In this document: piece after piece, positions 1 through 8,365 of the stretch
Numbering within the stretch: position 1 is the first letter of the stretch
Layout: the number at the start of each line of letters is the position of its first letter
NCBI GenBank assembly: GCA_964370005.1
Contig: CAYJGR010000004.1
Span: 1-63,233 of the forward strand
Direction of reading: 5' to 3'
DNA: 63,233 nucleotides
Origin: an uncultured Oscillospiraceae bacterium
GTDB lineage: Bacteria > Bacillota > Clostridia > Oscillospirales > Ruminococcaceae
The notes under the pieces: model-generated
Seen by the model: the letters and a program-made list of their open reading frames with translations, nothing else
Database searches by the model: none
Told to the model about the DNA's origin: nothing
Translations under genes and position numbers: made by a program

Positions 1-106
1 TATGCCCTGATGTCAAGTGAATAGATGTTATAAGCTTAAACCAAAAACCACCCCCCGCAATTTTCATGATTGCAGGGGGTGGGGTGATATTTGTTATGTT
101 AAAGTT

Positions 107-427
107 TTACTCCACCACAACAGCCGTGCCCGAGGCCGACACCATGAGCATACCGTTGTTGGCGCCCAACACCTCGTAATCCACATCGACGGCCAGTACA
201 GCATTTGCGCCACGCTCGGCGGCACGTTGGGACAGCTCACCCAGAGCAGTTTCACGGGCGTGGGTCAGCTCGTCCTCATAGCCCTCACTGCGTCCGCCGA
301 ATATATTTGTAAGGCTAGCGCCGATATCTCGAAACATATCAATGCCGGTTATGACCTCGCCGAACACAATGCCTTTGTACTCCCTGACCGCTTTGCCCTC
401 AATGGTATTTGTGGTTGTTACAATCAT
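107..427 (-). CDS. YbjQ/UPF0145 family protein
   Basis: ORF 107..475. The internal ATG at 427 is preceded by [31 protein letters not shown]...[16 protein letters not shown] matches the remembered YbjQ family pattern. Confidence 0.75.
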   Translation of the reverse strand: MIVTTTNTIEGKAVREYKGIVFGEVITGIDMFRDIGASLTNIFGGRSEGYEDELTHARETALGELSQRAAERGANAVLAVDVDYEVLGANNGMLMVSASGTAVVVE

Positions 428-520
428 GGTTATCCTCCCATAGAAATATATAGTATAGTTTGAGCCGCTGCACAACTAAAATCCCCCCATAACCGCAGTT
501 GTGGGGGGGAGTACTGCATT

Positions 521-706
521 TTAAGGGCAGTAGGGATTGGGTTTGAGTAGCAAAAGCACCAAATCGACCACCACACCCACTATGAATAATCCACCGGTGC
601 ATATGTAGATTATCCCAAACAGCACCTTGCCCTCATAAAATTTATGTGCCCCCAATACGCCCAAAAACAGGCATAAAAAGAAGGCTGTCCATTTGCTTTT
701 TTGCAT
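521..706 (-). CDS. TM2 domain-containing small membrane protein
   Basis: ORF 521..763. The likely start is the Met at 706, downstream of GTGAGGA. KSKWTAFFLCLFLGVLGAHKFYEGK...GGLFIVGVVVDL is a typical TM2 motif with two TM helices. Confidence 0.7.
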   Translation of the reverse strand: MQKSKWTAFFLCLFLGVLGAHKFYEGKVLFGIIYICTGGLFIVGVVVDLVLLLLKPNPYCP

Positions 707-822
707 AATAATCCTCACTTTCATTGTGGTTATGGTCGCAAACCTTATACCGATATTGTACAATAAAAATATAGGAATTACAACAGGGGGGCGTCTGGCT
801 TAGATATACAAGACATCTTGCC

Positions 823-1134
823 CTATATCTCCTCGGCACTATTCCTTTTGTTGTAAAGTATTCTTCGCACTTCCATCACGTCATCGTACACAACGTAAAA
901 TATGGTAAAGTTTTTAACAAATATACGGTAGTAAGGAAAGCGTCGTTCTTTGCTTGAATGGTATTTTTCAAATGACTGGGCTATAGGCAATCTGTCATAA
1001 ATTGCTTTTTCCACATCATCGATTAAATTTGTCGCCGCTGTGGGATTGTTTAGCTCGATGGCAATATAATCTATAATTTGCAATAAGTCTTGCTCAAAAA
1101 GCGATAGAATCAAAAGCCTATAATTCTTTTTCAT
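823..1134 (-). CDS. Type II toxin, RelE/ParE family
   Basis: 103 aa basic protein. Its start overlaps the end of the upstream Phd/YefM-like gene by 17 nt. The ...YYRIFVKNFTIFYVVYDDVMEVRRILYNKRN C-terminal pattern is typical of ParE/RelE. Confidence 0.7.
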   Translation of the reverse strand: MKKNYRLLILSLFEQDLLQIIDYIAIELNNPTAATNLIDDVEKAIYDRLPIAQSFEKYHSSKERRFPYYRIFVKNFTIFYVVYDDVMEVRRILYNKRNSAEEI

Positions 1135-1387
1135 TCAAATGCTTCCTCGCCCTGTCAAAAACATCTCCGGCATTGTGTCTCACATCGCTTAAATCTGCGG
1201 CCATGTCGGCCTCATCCAATTTTAACTCAACATCGTCTATAAGATTGCTATATTGCTCAAGACTGAGTAGAACCATGCTGCCGTGACCGTTTTTTGTAAG
1301 ATATACGGGCTGGCCGCTTTTTAGCACGGTGTTTTCGATTTCAACAAATTTGTTTCGCAAATCAGATACAGGTCTGATATTTATCAT
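1118..1387 (-). CDS. Type II antitoxin, Phd/YefM family
   Basis: MINIRPVSDLRNKFVEIENTVLKSGQPVYLTKNGHGSMVLLSLEQY is the classic Phd/YefM N-terminus. The likely start is the Met at 1387 inside ORF 1118..1426. Confidence 0.8.
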   Translation of the reverse strand: MINIRPVSDLRNKFVEIENTVLKSGQPVYLTKNGHGSMVLLSLEQYSNLIDDVELKLDEADMAADLSDVRHNAGDVFDRARKHLNEKEL

Positions 1388-1517
1388 ACTAAACACTCCT
1401 TTGCAAATAGCATACACAACTATCATAATATTATCATAATTCTATCTAAAGTCAAGCGCAGGTGGAGGTTTCGATAAATAGTAAAAAACCCTTGCAGTTT
1501 ACACTACAAGGATTTTT

Positions 1518-1592
1518 TGGTGACCCGTACGGGAATCGAACCCGTGTTACCGCCGTGAAAGGGCGGTGTCTTAACCGCTTGACCAACGGGCC
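1518..1592 (-). tRNA. tRNA-Glu (anticodon UUC)
   Basis: The reverse complement reads GGCCCGTTGGTCAAGCGGTTAAGACACCGCCCTTTCACGGCGGTAACACGGGTTCGATTCCCGTACGGGTCACCA. It folds as a cloverleaf with anticodon loop CTTTCAC, a GGTTCGATTCC T-arm and an encoded CCA. Confidence 0.9.
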
Positions 1593-1627
1593 GTACATAA
1601 GGGCAGGAACTTCTTCCATACCCTTAT

Positions 1628-1704
1628 TGGTAGCGGTAGTCGGATTTGAACCAACGACAAACCGGGTATGAACCGGTTGCTCTAGCCACCTGAGCTATAC
1701 CGCC
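1628..1704 (-). tRNA. tRNA with CAU anticodon (Met, or Ile2 if lysidine-modified)
   Basis: The reverse complement reads GGCGGTATAGCTCAGGTGGCTAGAGCAACCGGTTCATACCCGGTTTGTCGTTGGTTCAAATCCGACTACCGCTACCA. The anticodon loop is TTCATAC and CCA is encoded. Confidence 0.85.
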
Positions 1705-1738
1705 ATATAACGCCGATGTCACATCAGCGACGGCAATC

Positions 1739-1768
1739 ATTGTAACCCACCACAGGGGTGTTTGTCAA
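1739..1768 (-). promoter_or_regulatory. Sigma-A type promoter for the tRNA-Met/tRNA-Glu pair
   Basis: The minus strand reads TTGACA (1768..1763), an 18 nt spacer, then TACAAT (1744..1739), about 35 nt upstream of the tRNA 5' end. Confidence 0.6.
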
Positions 1769-1856
1769 TACGTTTTCTCACAAAATGTAAAAAAATACCC
1801 ATATTTTCATCAAAATGCCCCTTTGCAGCCTCAAAAACTACCCTTATCAGCATGTT

Positions 1857-2747
1857 TTATCGCCCATAAGTGCTACGCAAAAGCTCTGCACTTTGTTCAT
1901 CCAACAAGAAAACATTCTCGGGGGTTTGGTACATACCGCTTATACTTAGAGCGCCGGCGGGGCGCACCGAAAGCTCAGCCAAAAAGCGGGCGGCCTCCCG
2001 ACGACTTTCAAAGTCGAGCTGTGTAAAATCGGTTTCGCAGGCATTTACCGCCGCCAGAAAGACTTCCTCGGCCTCGGGACCCTGCATGAGGGGTAGATGG
2101 GTGTTTATCACGGTGGATATAATCTGTGCCGTCAAATTACAGCGTTGGGGTTCGCCGTTGGGAAAGGCCGCCAAAAACACATCAAGCATCTTACTGCCAT
2201 CAAGTTGTTGCAAACCCATGCCGAGGGAAAGTTGTCCCATGGTATCGGATAGGTCGTAAGGTATCTCAAAATCCACACTCCCCACTCTGTTCACAAGGTC
2301 GACAAATTCCCCCGACTGTATGACGGCGTAGCGATCCATACTCACCTCCAACACACTGCTCAGCGCCGAGCTGACCATCTCGCCTCCACCGGCGCGATAG
2401 ATACCACTGAGGGTGTCACTGCGGTGCTCCCCCTCAAGGTAGGTGTCCTTGGGGAGTACGGCCACAGTGATGTTGCCGGTGTCGGGGAAAAAGCCCATCA
2501 GTGCAAATGTGAGGGTGCCGGTCACACCGTCTTCACCAATCACAAGCAACGTGAGCCTATCTTCACTTTTGGGGAGGTAGGCACCGTCGCCAAAGGAGGG
2601 CTGTGTCTCGGGCGGTGGGGTGTTTTGAGGCAGAGCACCAAAGGCCACCACTAAAAACATAAGCCCTACAATAAGAAATGTCACGGCAAATGATAGCGCA
2701 AACAAGCGCCATCTGCGACTGCGGCGCAACTTTTTTTCTTGATCCAT
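1857..2747 (-). CDS. LytR-CpsA-Psr (LCP)-like membrane-anchored protein, divergent
   Basis: N-terminal basic stretch plus one TM helix. LTLLVIGEDG...VAVLPKDTY...EVSMDRYAVIQSGEFVDLVNRVGSVDFEIPYDL resembles the LCP core, but some conserved Arg positions look substituted. Confidence 0.5.
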   Translation of the reverse strand: MDQEKKLRRSRRWRLFALSFAVTFLIVGLMFLVVAFGALPQNTPPPETQPSFGDGAYLPKSEDRLTLLVIGEDGVTGTLTFALMGFFPDTGNITVAVLPKDTYLEGEHRSDTLSGIYRAGGGEMVSSALSSVLEVSMDRYAVIQSGEFVDLVNRVGSVDFEIPYDLSDTMGQLSLGMGLQQLDGSKMLDVFLAAFPNGEPQRCNLTAQIISTVINTHLPLMQGPEAEEVFLAAVNACETDFTQLDFESRREAARFLAELSVRPAGALSISGMYQTPENVFLLDEQSAELLRSTYGR

Positions 2748-2835
2748 ACGCCCTCCTATAGGTACAAATTTGCAAAATCATGCACTCACACAATATTAGT
2801 TTGGCTAAAAATTGTGGGGATAAGCACAACATATC

Positions 2836-2870
2836 AAAAAATCCCCCACCTACAAAGAATAGGTGGGGGG
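2836..2870 (-). terminator. Intrinsic terminator after the uracil permease gene (also a hairpin on the plus strand)
   Basis: Stem CCCCCACCTA / TAGGTGGGGG (2843..2852 and 2860..2869), followed by a U-run on the minus-strand transcript. Confidence 0.7.
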
Positions 2871-2886
2871 ATGTTTTGGGGATGGT

Positions 2887-4230
2887 TTACATCTGCATAT
2901 TGGCAGAGGTATCGCTTACAATATCCTTGCCGAACTCATAATCGTTGCCGGGCAGTACAGCATTGAGGAATATGCCCAAGATGGCGGCGATGGCAAGGCC
3001 GGAAAGGCTGACCGTAAAGCTCTCACTCGAGTAGATGGTAAGCCCGCCTGTGCTGCTGAAGCCCAAGGCGCTGACCAGTATCACAGCGGCGATGATGAGA
3101 TTGCGGGTCTTGGTGAAGTCAACATGATTTTCAACCACATTGCGCACACCCACGGCCGATATCATACCGTACAAAATCAGCGAGATACCACCGATGATTG
3201 CGGTGGGGATGGTATTTATCAGGGCATCGAACTTGGGGATGAAGGAAAGAATAACTGCCACAACGGCGGCGATGCGCACGACACGGGGGTCATAAACCTT
3301 TGTCAGGGCGAGCACGCCGGTGTTCTCACCGTAGGTGGTGTTGGCGGGACCACCGAGGAAACCCGAAAGACTGGTAGCGATACCGTCTCCCAAAAGGGTA
3401 CGGGCAAGGCCGGGTTTTTGAATGAAGTTTTTACCGGTGGTGGCGCTGATGGCGGCCATGTCGCCGATATGCTCCACCATGGCGGCCAGTGCGATGGGGG
3501 TTATGGTGAGTATAGCGCCCAAATCGAACTTGGCAAAAGCCGAGGGGTCAAGGGGAATGCCCACAGCCGGGGCGGAGATAGCCTGTGTGAAATCGACTGC
3601 TCCCAAAGCAAGCGCCAACAAATAAGAACCGACGACGCCGAGCAGTATAGGTAGTATTTTGATCATACCTTTGCCGAATATGTTACAAACAATGACAATG
3701 GTGAGCGCCACCACAGCCAGCAGCCAGTTTGTGGAGGCATTAGAGATGGCCGAGGGGGCGAGTATAAGCCCGATAGAGATGATGATGGGACCTGTGACGA
3801 TGGGGGGGAAGAAGCGCATAACCTTGCTGGCACCGAACAGCTTGATGAAGAGTGCCACCAGCACATAGACAAGGCCGGCTACAACCACGCCTCCGCAGGC
3901 ATAGGGTAGCATTTCGGTGTTGGGGATGGTGAGATTGCCGTCGGCATCGGCAAGTTTTGGGGCAACAAGTGCAAAGCCACCCAAGAAAGCGAATGACGAG
4001 CCCAAGAACGCGGGGACTTTACCCTTTGAGAGCAGGTGGAACAGCAGGGTGCCCACGCCGGCCATAAGCAGGGTGGTGGCCACGCTAAGGCCTGTGATTA
4101 TTGGCACAAGCACGGTAGCGCCAAACATGGCGAACACGTGCTGAAAGCCTAAAATAAGCATTTTGGGGATACCCAACGAGCGGGCATCATGGATACCGGT
4201 TTCTCCGATGATTGTTTTTTGATTTTCCAT
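2887..4230 (-). CDS. uraA: Uracil permease (NCS2 nucleobase:cation symporter family)
   Basis: 447 aa polytopic protein. GFQHVFAMFGATVLVPIITGL and KGKVPAFLGSSFAFLG closely match the UraA/PyrP signature segments. Confidence 0.85.
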   Translation of the reverse strand: MENQKTIIGETGIHDARSLGIPKMLILGFQHVFAMFGATVLVPIITGLSVATTLLMAGVGTLLFHLLSKGKVPAFLGSSFAFLGGFALVAPKLADADGNLTIPNTEMLPYACGGVVVAGLVYVLVALFIKLFGASKVMRFFPPIVTGPIIISIGLILAPSAISNASTNWLLAVVALTIVIVCNIFGKGMIKILPILLGVVGSYLLALALGAVDFTQAISAPAVGIPLDPSAFAKFDLGAILTITPIALAAMVEHIGDMAAISATTGKNFIQKPGLARTLLGDGIATSLSGFLGGPANTTYGENTGVLALTKVYDPRVVRIAAVVAVILSFIPKFDALINTIPTAIIGGISLILYGMISAVGVRNVVENHVDFTKTRNLIIAAVILVSALGFSSTGGLTIYSSESFTVSLSGLAIAAILGIFLNAVLPGNDYEFGKDIVSDTSANMQM

Positions 4231-4470
4231 AGAATTTTTGCCTCCTCAGATTTTTGCTTTTTGTATGATAATGAGCATAAAAAAACACCCAAACAATTTC
4301 AAAAGAGAAAAAGGGGTGCAACAGAACCTAAAATAGGGGGCGGAACAGCTTACATAGGAGGGGGATGTTGGAATATTTTCGGCGGCGCATCTTTTCATAA
4401 TCGACATGGCTATCCCTCCCACACAAATTTTAATAATGATATCATACCGAGGGGAAAAGTGCAATAGAGT
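4231..4470 (-). promoter_or_regulatory. Promoter plus about 190 nt structured leader of uraA, with a terminator-like element
   Basis: The minus strand reads TTGCAC-17 nt-TATCAT. The leader contains the pairing GGGAGGGAU...AUCCCCCUCC and a CACCC...GGGUG stem followed by UUUUUUU about 45 nt before the SD GAGGAGG. Confidence 0.35.
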
Positions 4471-4692
4471 GGGAAGGAATTTTGAAAAATTTGTAAAAAA
4501 ATGGTGAATTTCTGCGTATTGCACAAAATGGGGGCGCGATTATATTAATGAGGATAAATAAATCTAAAATATTAACAATGGCGTCTAAATCGTTTATTTT
4601 TAGACTAAATTGTAAAAAATAGGCACAAAAGGTTGCGCCCGTCACACAGGTGTATTATAATAATGAAAACGGTAGGATGGTGGAGGTCTCTG

Positions 4693-5208
4693 ATGCACAC
4701 ATTTATATATGACCCTAAGTTATATTTTTATCGCAACACCTTGACAGGTTATGCACTGATTGCGATAGCCCTGTACAGCATTTTTGAAATTGTCACAAAT
4801 TTTGGTCTGAGCATATGGCTTGTGATACTGCTTGTGTCGGCTTATGGTGCTATAAATCAGTTTGTGACGGTGGCTAACCCTCGTGAGGCCGGTGTGAGTG
4901 GTGATACAATATATTTCACTGATGGACGTATAAAGCACACATATGAGATATCCCAGCTTAAATCTTTTCAGATAAAAGAGATAGGTATAAACGGTTCTAT
5001 ATTTATTCGTATAGCAGATACCAAGGGGATGAGGGCACGTTATTGGCTTGCATATCGCTACTTTAACGACAGCGACAAATTGTTGGCCGAGATGTATTAT
5101 ATTGAACGTAAGCTCAACCCCGACCACATAAAGTTCCGTGGACGAGATGAATGGGGTAAAGAAAGACCCGATTATACAAAGCAACTCGACACCGAAAGCA
5201 CCATCTAA
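4693..5208 (+). CDS. Hypothetical membrane protein (two TM helices plus a soluble C-terminal domain)
   Basis: ORF 4633..5208. The Met at 4693 is preceded by GGTGGAGG with a 6 nt spacer. No family recognised. Confidence 0.5.
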   Translation: MHTFIYDPKLYFYRNTLTGYALIAIALYSIFEIVTNFGLSIWLVILLVSAYGAINQFVTVANPREAGVSGDTIYFTDGRIKHTYEISQLKSFQIKEIGINGSIFIRIADTKGMRARYWLAYRYFNDSDKLLAEMYYIERKLNPDHIKFRGRDEWGKERPDYTKQLDTESTI

Positions 5209-5258
5209 TTTGCGGTTCTAAAAGTGACAATATATAGATTATGAGGAGAGAAAAAACA

Positions 5259-5723
5259 ATGAGTGAGCGTATCAATTTTTCAAATCTTATCCGTGAGGAT
5301 ATGATCCTGTTGGGGGTTGAGGGCAATACCCGTGACGAGGTGCTGGAGAACATCGCCAAGGTGTTTGTCGAGAAGGGCATTGCAAAGGATACATTCTATG
5401 AAGGTCTTTTGGGTCGTGAGAATGAGTTCCCCACCGGCCTGCCCATGGGCGAGTACAACATCGCCGTACCTCACACCTACCCCGAGCACTACAACGACGT
5501 AGGCGTGGCCATCTGTGTGCCCAAGAACCCCACAAAGTTCTTTAACATGGGGGACAAAGAGGATGAGCTGACCGTACAGGTTATCGTTTGTTTGGCGCTT
5601 AAAAAGATGGACGACAGCATCAAGATGCTTCCCTCGCTGATGGAGTTCTTTGTAGAGCAGGAAAATATCAAGGCTGTTATGAATGCCAAAACCCCCGCCG
5701 AGGTAATGGCATTGTTTGCCTAA
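5259..5723 (+). CDS. PTS EIIA type-2 domain protein (fructose/mannitol/Ntr family), orphan
   Basis: ILLGVEGNTRDEVLENIAKVFVEKG...GRENEFPTGLPMGEYNIAVPHT matches the EIIA-2 architecture with a His in the AVPH context. The start at 5259 follows GAGGAGAG. No EIIB or EIIC gene is nearby. Confidence 0.7.
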   Translation: MSERINFSNLIREDMILLGVEGNTRDEVLENIAKVFVEKGIAKDTFYEGLLGRENEFPTGLPMGEYNIAVPHTYPEHYNDVGVAICVPKNPTKFFNMGDKEDELTVQVIVCLALKKMDDSIKMLPSLMEFFVEQENIKAVMNAKTPAEVMALFA

Positions 5724-5741
5724 ATTGCAACTTGAAATAAG

Positions 5742-5775
5742 AACACCTGCCATAGATTTTTGGCGGGTGTTTTTG
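5742..5775 (+). terminator. Intrinsic terminator after the EIIA gene
   Basis: AACACCTGCC ... GGCGGGTGTT stem followed by TTTTT. Confidence 0.65.
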
Positions 5776-5896
5776 TCGCAAATATTCTTGATAAAATAAC
5801 TCTATTTAAGAGGGGTGGTAAGCGATGCAGTACAAAATAGGGCATATAATAAACTCAAACAAAGGTGAAAGCTTTATGACATAGGGAGGTTATAGC

Positions 5897-6457
5897 ATGA
5901 AAACCAATGTATTTATCGGAATTATGATCGCCGTGGTGGCGGTGCTGATGGTGGCGGGTACATTTTATGGCGGGGTGGTAGGCACAGCCTCACAGGGGGA
6001 GCAGTCACAGCAAAATGAGACATCCGACACCGCACAGCCCGAGATTGCCCCCGACTTTACGGTTTATAACAGCGCAGGGGAGCAGGTGAAGCTGTCCGAC
6101 CACATAGGGAGGCCCGTAGTGCTCAATTTTTGGGCGAGTTGGTGTCCGCCCTGTCGTGAGGAGATGCCCTATTTTGAAACAGCCCACGCCGATATGGGTG
6201 GGGAAGTTGAATTTATGATGGTCAACATGACCGATGGTGGTCGTGAGACGGTAGAGGTGGCCACAAACTTCATCACTGAGGGTGGCTACACCTTCCCCAT
6301 ACTGTTCGACAGCGACACCGAGGCTGCGCAGGCCTACACCGTGCTGGGCGTGCCCATGACTATGTTCATAAACGCCGAGGGCGAGCTGGTCCACACAGTT
6401 CGTGGGGCGGTGACCGAGGAGACATTGCTTGAGGGGATTGAGATAGCCAAGCAGTGA
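5897..6457 (+). CDS. TlpA/ResA-like membrane-anchored thiol-disulfide oxidoreductase
   Basis: N-terminal TM anchor. FWASWCPPCREEMP contains the CxxC redoxin motif in a typical TlpA context. Confidence 0.85.
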   Translation: MKTNVFIGIMIAVVAVLMVAGTFYGGVVGTASQGEQSQQNETSDTAQPEIAPDFTVYNSAGEQVKLSDHIGRPVVLNFWASWCPPCREEMPYFETAHADMGGEVEFMMVNMTDGGRETVEVATNFITEGGYTFPILFDSDTEAAQAYTVLGVPMTMFINAEGELVHTVRGAVTEETLLEGIEIAKQ

Positions 6458-6493
6458 CAAACAGTCGCAAACACAAAGTGGCACCAAAATGAA

Positions 6494-6530
6494 AACCGGC
6501 AACCACACAATATAGCGTGGTTGCCGGTTC
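6494..6530 (+). repeat. 37-bp hairpin unit, copy 1 (terminator-like, 13-bp stem)
   Basis: AACCGGCAACCAC-acaatatagc-GTGGTTGCCGGTTC, identical to 6737..6773. Confidence 0.95.
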
Positions 6531-6570
6531 AGCTTGTCAAAAAAGTCCCCAGGACTTTTTTGACAAGCTG
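6530..6570. repeat. Perfect 19-bp-stem palindrome with a 3-nt loop
   Basis: CAGCTTGTCAAAAAAGTCC-cca-GGACTTTTTTGACAAGCTG, read directly from the sequence. Confidence 0.95.
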
Positions 6571-6736
6571 AAAGCATCGCTGACACGATGCCATTTTGTG
6601 CCCAAGTGCACACAAAATATGCCTCTGCGGAGGCGAGTTATCCGCTTACGCTCTATGCGAAAGAGAACCCTGACGGTTCCCTTTCACACTATCCTTCCCT
6701 CCGAGTTGGGGAGGCTTTCGGCTTTTTGATAGTCCG

Positions 6737-6773
6737 AACCGGCAACCACACAATATAGCGTGGTTGCCGGTTC
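6737..6773 (+). repeat. 37-bp hairpin unit, copy 2
   Basis: Perfect direct repeat of 6494..6530, including the asymmetric loop. It lies 10 nt from the stop of the minus-strand yjfB-like gene. Confidence 0.95.
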
Positions 6774-6782
6774 TCTTTTTGC

Positions 6783-6974
6783 TCATGCGTAAACGTCGAT
6801 ATACTGTCCCAGTGGGGGAGCAGATTGACGTTGTTGCTGCTGTGGCAGCATATCCAACATCTCGGTAGCGATGGATTCTGACGCTTCCATGGCCTTATCA
6901 GCGACAGCCAATGACACTTGGTACTGCAAAGATGCAGCAGAATTACCCATGGATAGGGCAGCAGTCGAACTCAT
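6783..6974 (-). CDS. YjfB-family putative motility protein
   Basis: MSSTAALSMGNSAASLQYQVSLAVADKAMEASESIATEMLDML...GQYIDVYA matches the YjfB_motility pattern. The Met at 6974 is preceded by AAGGAG. Confidence 0.7.
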   Translation of the reverse strand: MSSTAALSMGNSAASLQYQVSLAVADKAMEASESIATEMLDMLPQQQQRQSAPPLGQYIDVYA

Positions 6975-6981
6975 AAAATCA

Positions 6982-7245
6982 CTACTCCTTTCGGTCGTTT
7001 TTTTGTGGTGCAGGCGCAGAGGCAAGGGTCGCCCCCAACGCTTTGAGCAACTGTGGTGTGGTTTGTTGTGCGGCATCCTTGTTTACCCCTGCAGCTTGTT
7101 TTAGTTCACTGCGAAGGATGGATAAATCTTTGGGGGCACGGATACCTAAATTGACATTGCCGCCGGGGTCAACCGACAATACTGTAATTTGTATGTCATC
7201 ACCTATGAGCAGGGTTTCCCCCGCCTTGCGCCGCAAAATTAACAT
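6982..7245 (-). CDS. csrA: Carbon storage regulator CsrA (flagellar, FliW-partnered type)
   Basis: [48 protein letters not shown] is a canonical CsrA core. The gene lies directly downstream of fliW. Confidence 0.95.
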   Translation of the reverse strand: MLILRRKAGETLLIGDDIQITVLSVDPGGNVNLGIRAPKDLSILRSELKQAAGVNKDAAQQTTPQLLKALGATLASAPAPQKNDRKE

Positions 7246-7688
7246 GAGGCATCCTCCGTGTACGAAAACTCGCCCAGAGGATGACGCATATTATAATCTT
7301 CACAGTCCAAAATCGCCTGCATAGCAATGCGCTCATCGGGATTGACGGCAATGGGGCAACGCAGATTTACAGTGCTATCCGGCACGGGCTCCCGTACAAC
7401 ACAAAGTACGTAAAAACAAAGTTCCTGACTTTGCGTAACCTTCATTTCGCCAAGCTCTTTATCCCCTAAAATAGGGGTATAATCGGGCTTGAGGGAAAAA
7501 GGGTTCATAGCAACAAAGGCAAGATTAGGGGTAACCACGCTCTGAAAACAAAGCAGATGGGCATCCCCCTCAAAAGGTAGGAGCAAAAACTGCTTTTCAT
7601 CTTCAAAACCAAAAAGTCCCTCCCCAAAGGTCAATATATCCTCAGGGGTATACTCAATGGTTCCAAAATATTTTGTGGACAAATTCAA
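7239..7688 (-). CDS. fliW: Flagellar assembly factor FliW
   Basis: [32 protein letters not shown]...[10 protein letters not shown] matches the FliW family. The gene overlaps the csrA start. Confidence 0.92.
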   Translation of the reverse strand: MNLSTKYFGTIEYTPEDILTFGEGLFGFEDEKQFLLLPFEGDAHLLCFQSVVTPNLAFVAMNPFSLKPDYTPILGDKELGEMKVTQSQELCFYVLCVVREPVPDSTVNLRCPIAVNPDERIAMQAILDCEDYNMRHPLGEFSYTEDASC

Positions 7689-7703
7689 GGCAGAGGCCTC
7701 CTA

Positions 7704-8303
7704 TCAGGCTTTGACATCTATAGGCTCATAATCGGGGTCGGCCGAGGGTGGGACATACAGCGGGCCGCCCACATACTTAATTATGACATCGGGTTGTTGT
7801 GTCACGGTAAATTCAATATCGCCGGGGGTGAAATTAAATTCCATCTGGTTCATACGCCAATCAAAGGATAATTTATCCATCTCATAGCGCACATTGATTT
7901 CGCCACCTTCCCAAGATATGTCGGAGCCACCTTGGGGCAAAAATTGGACATTTACGTTGTTTAGCGTTCCCGTATTCTCCTGATTTGCAAACTGGGGCAC
8001 CATATTTTGACTGATCTGAGCTCCTATCGCGGCACGCTCGTCTTGGGCGAGCACGGCGGTAGCCTCATAAATCTGCTGATTACCCTGATTTGCGGCTCGA
8101 CTTGACGTAGCAGAAGGCGACATGGAGTCGCGTGGCTGGAAAGTATCAAGTCTAATCTGGATAGGGCGGCTACGAATATTTAGTCCACCGTCTCCACTGG
8201 AAATTTCCATTTCGGCGGTGCCACGGGCATATTCGAGCTTGGCGTCGGTTCTTTTTACTTGAATTTCGATCGGTACTGTCTTAATCTCTATAAGCGGATT
8301 CAT
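7704..8303 (-). CDS. DUF6470 / YviE-like protein of the late flagellar operon
   Basis: Its position between flgL and fliW matches B. subtilis yviE. The N-terminus is MNPLIEIKTVPIEIQVKRTDAKLEY. Confidence 0.55.
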   Translation of the reverse strand: MNPLIEIKTVPIEIQVKRTDAKLEYARGTAEMEISSGDGGLNIRSRPIQIRLDTFQPRDSMSPSATSSRAANQGNQQIYEATAVLAQDERAAIGAQISQNMVPQFANQENTGTLNNVNVQFLPQGGSDISWEGGEINVRYEMDKLSFDWRMNQMEFNFTPGDIEFTVTQQPDVIIKYVGGPLYVPPSADPDYEPIDVKA

Positions 8304-8365
8304 CTAACATGCTCCTTCCTAATATATTGCAACTCAAAAGATCCTTCCTTTGAGCTTTATACGAT

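Noticed and set aside
1462-1671. A 69-aa plus-strand ORF.
   Set aside because: It overlaps the two minus-strand tRNA genes and is an artefact of tRNA sequence.
2863-3654. A 263-aa plus-strand ORF opposite the uracil permease gene. Similar antisense ORFs occur at 8657..9427, 10024..10572, 16854..17399, 32618..33376, 44950..45621 and 58840..59394.
   Set aside because: All are embedded in strongly supported genes on the other strand and give Gly/His/Arg-rich nonsense-like translations.
6005-6729. ORFs of 202 aa (minus strand) and 70 aa (plus strand) spanning the 6494..6773 hairpin region.
   Set aside because: Their sequences (for example ...SACQKSPGDFFDKL...) are direct translations of perfect palindromes and of the antisense strand of the tlpA-like gene. 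They are not credible genes.
6494-6773. A possible CRISPR array, considered because of identical 37-bp repeats.
   Set aside because: There are only two copies, the 206-bp spacer is far too long, the repeat is itself a terminator-like hairpin, and no cas genes or leader are present.
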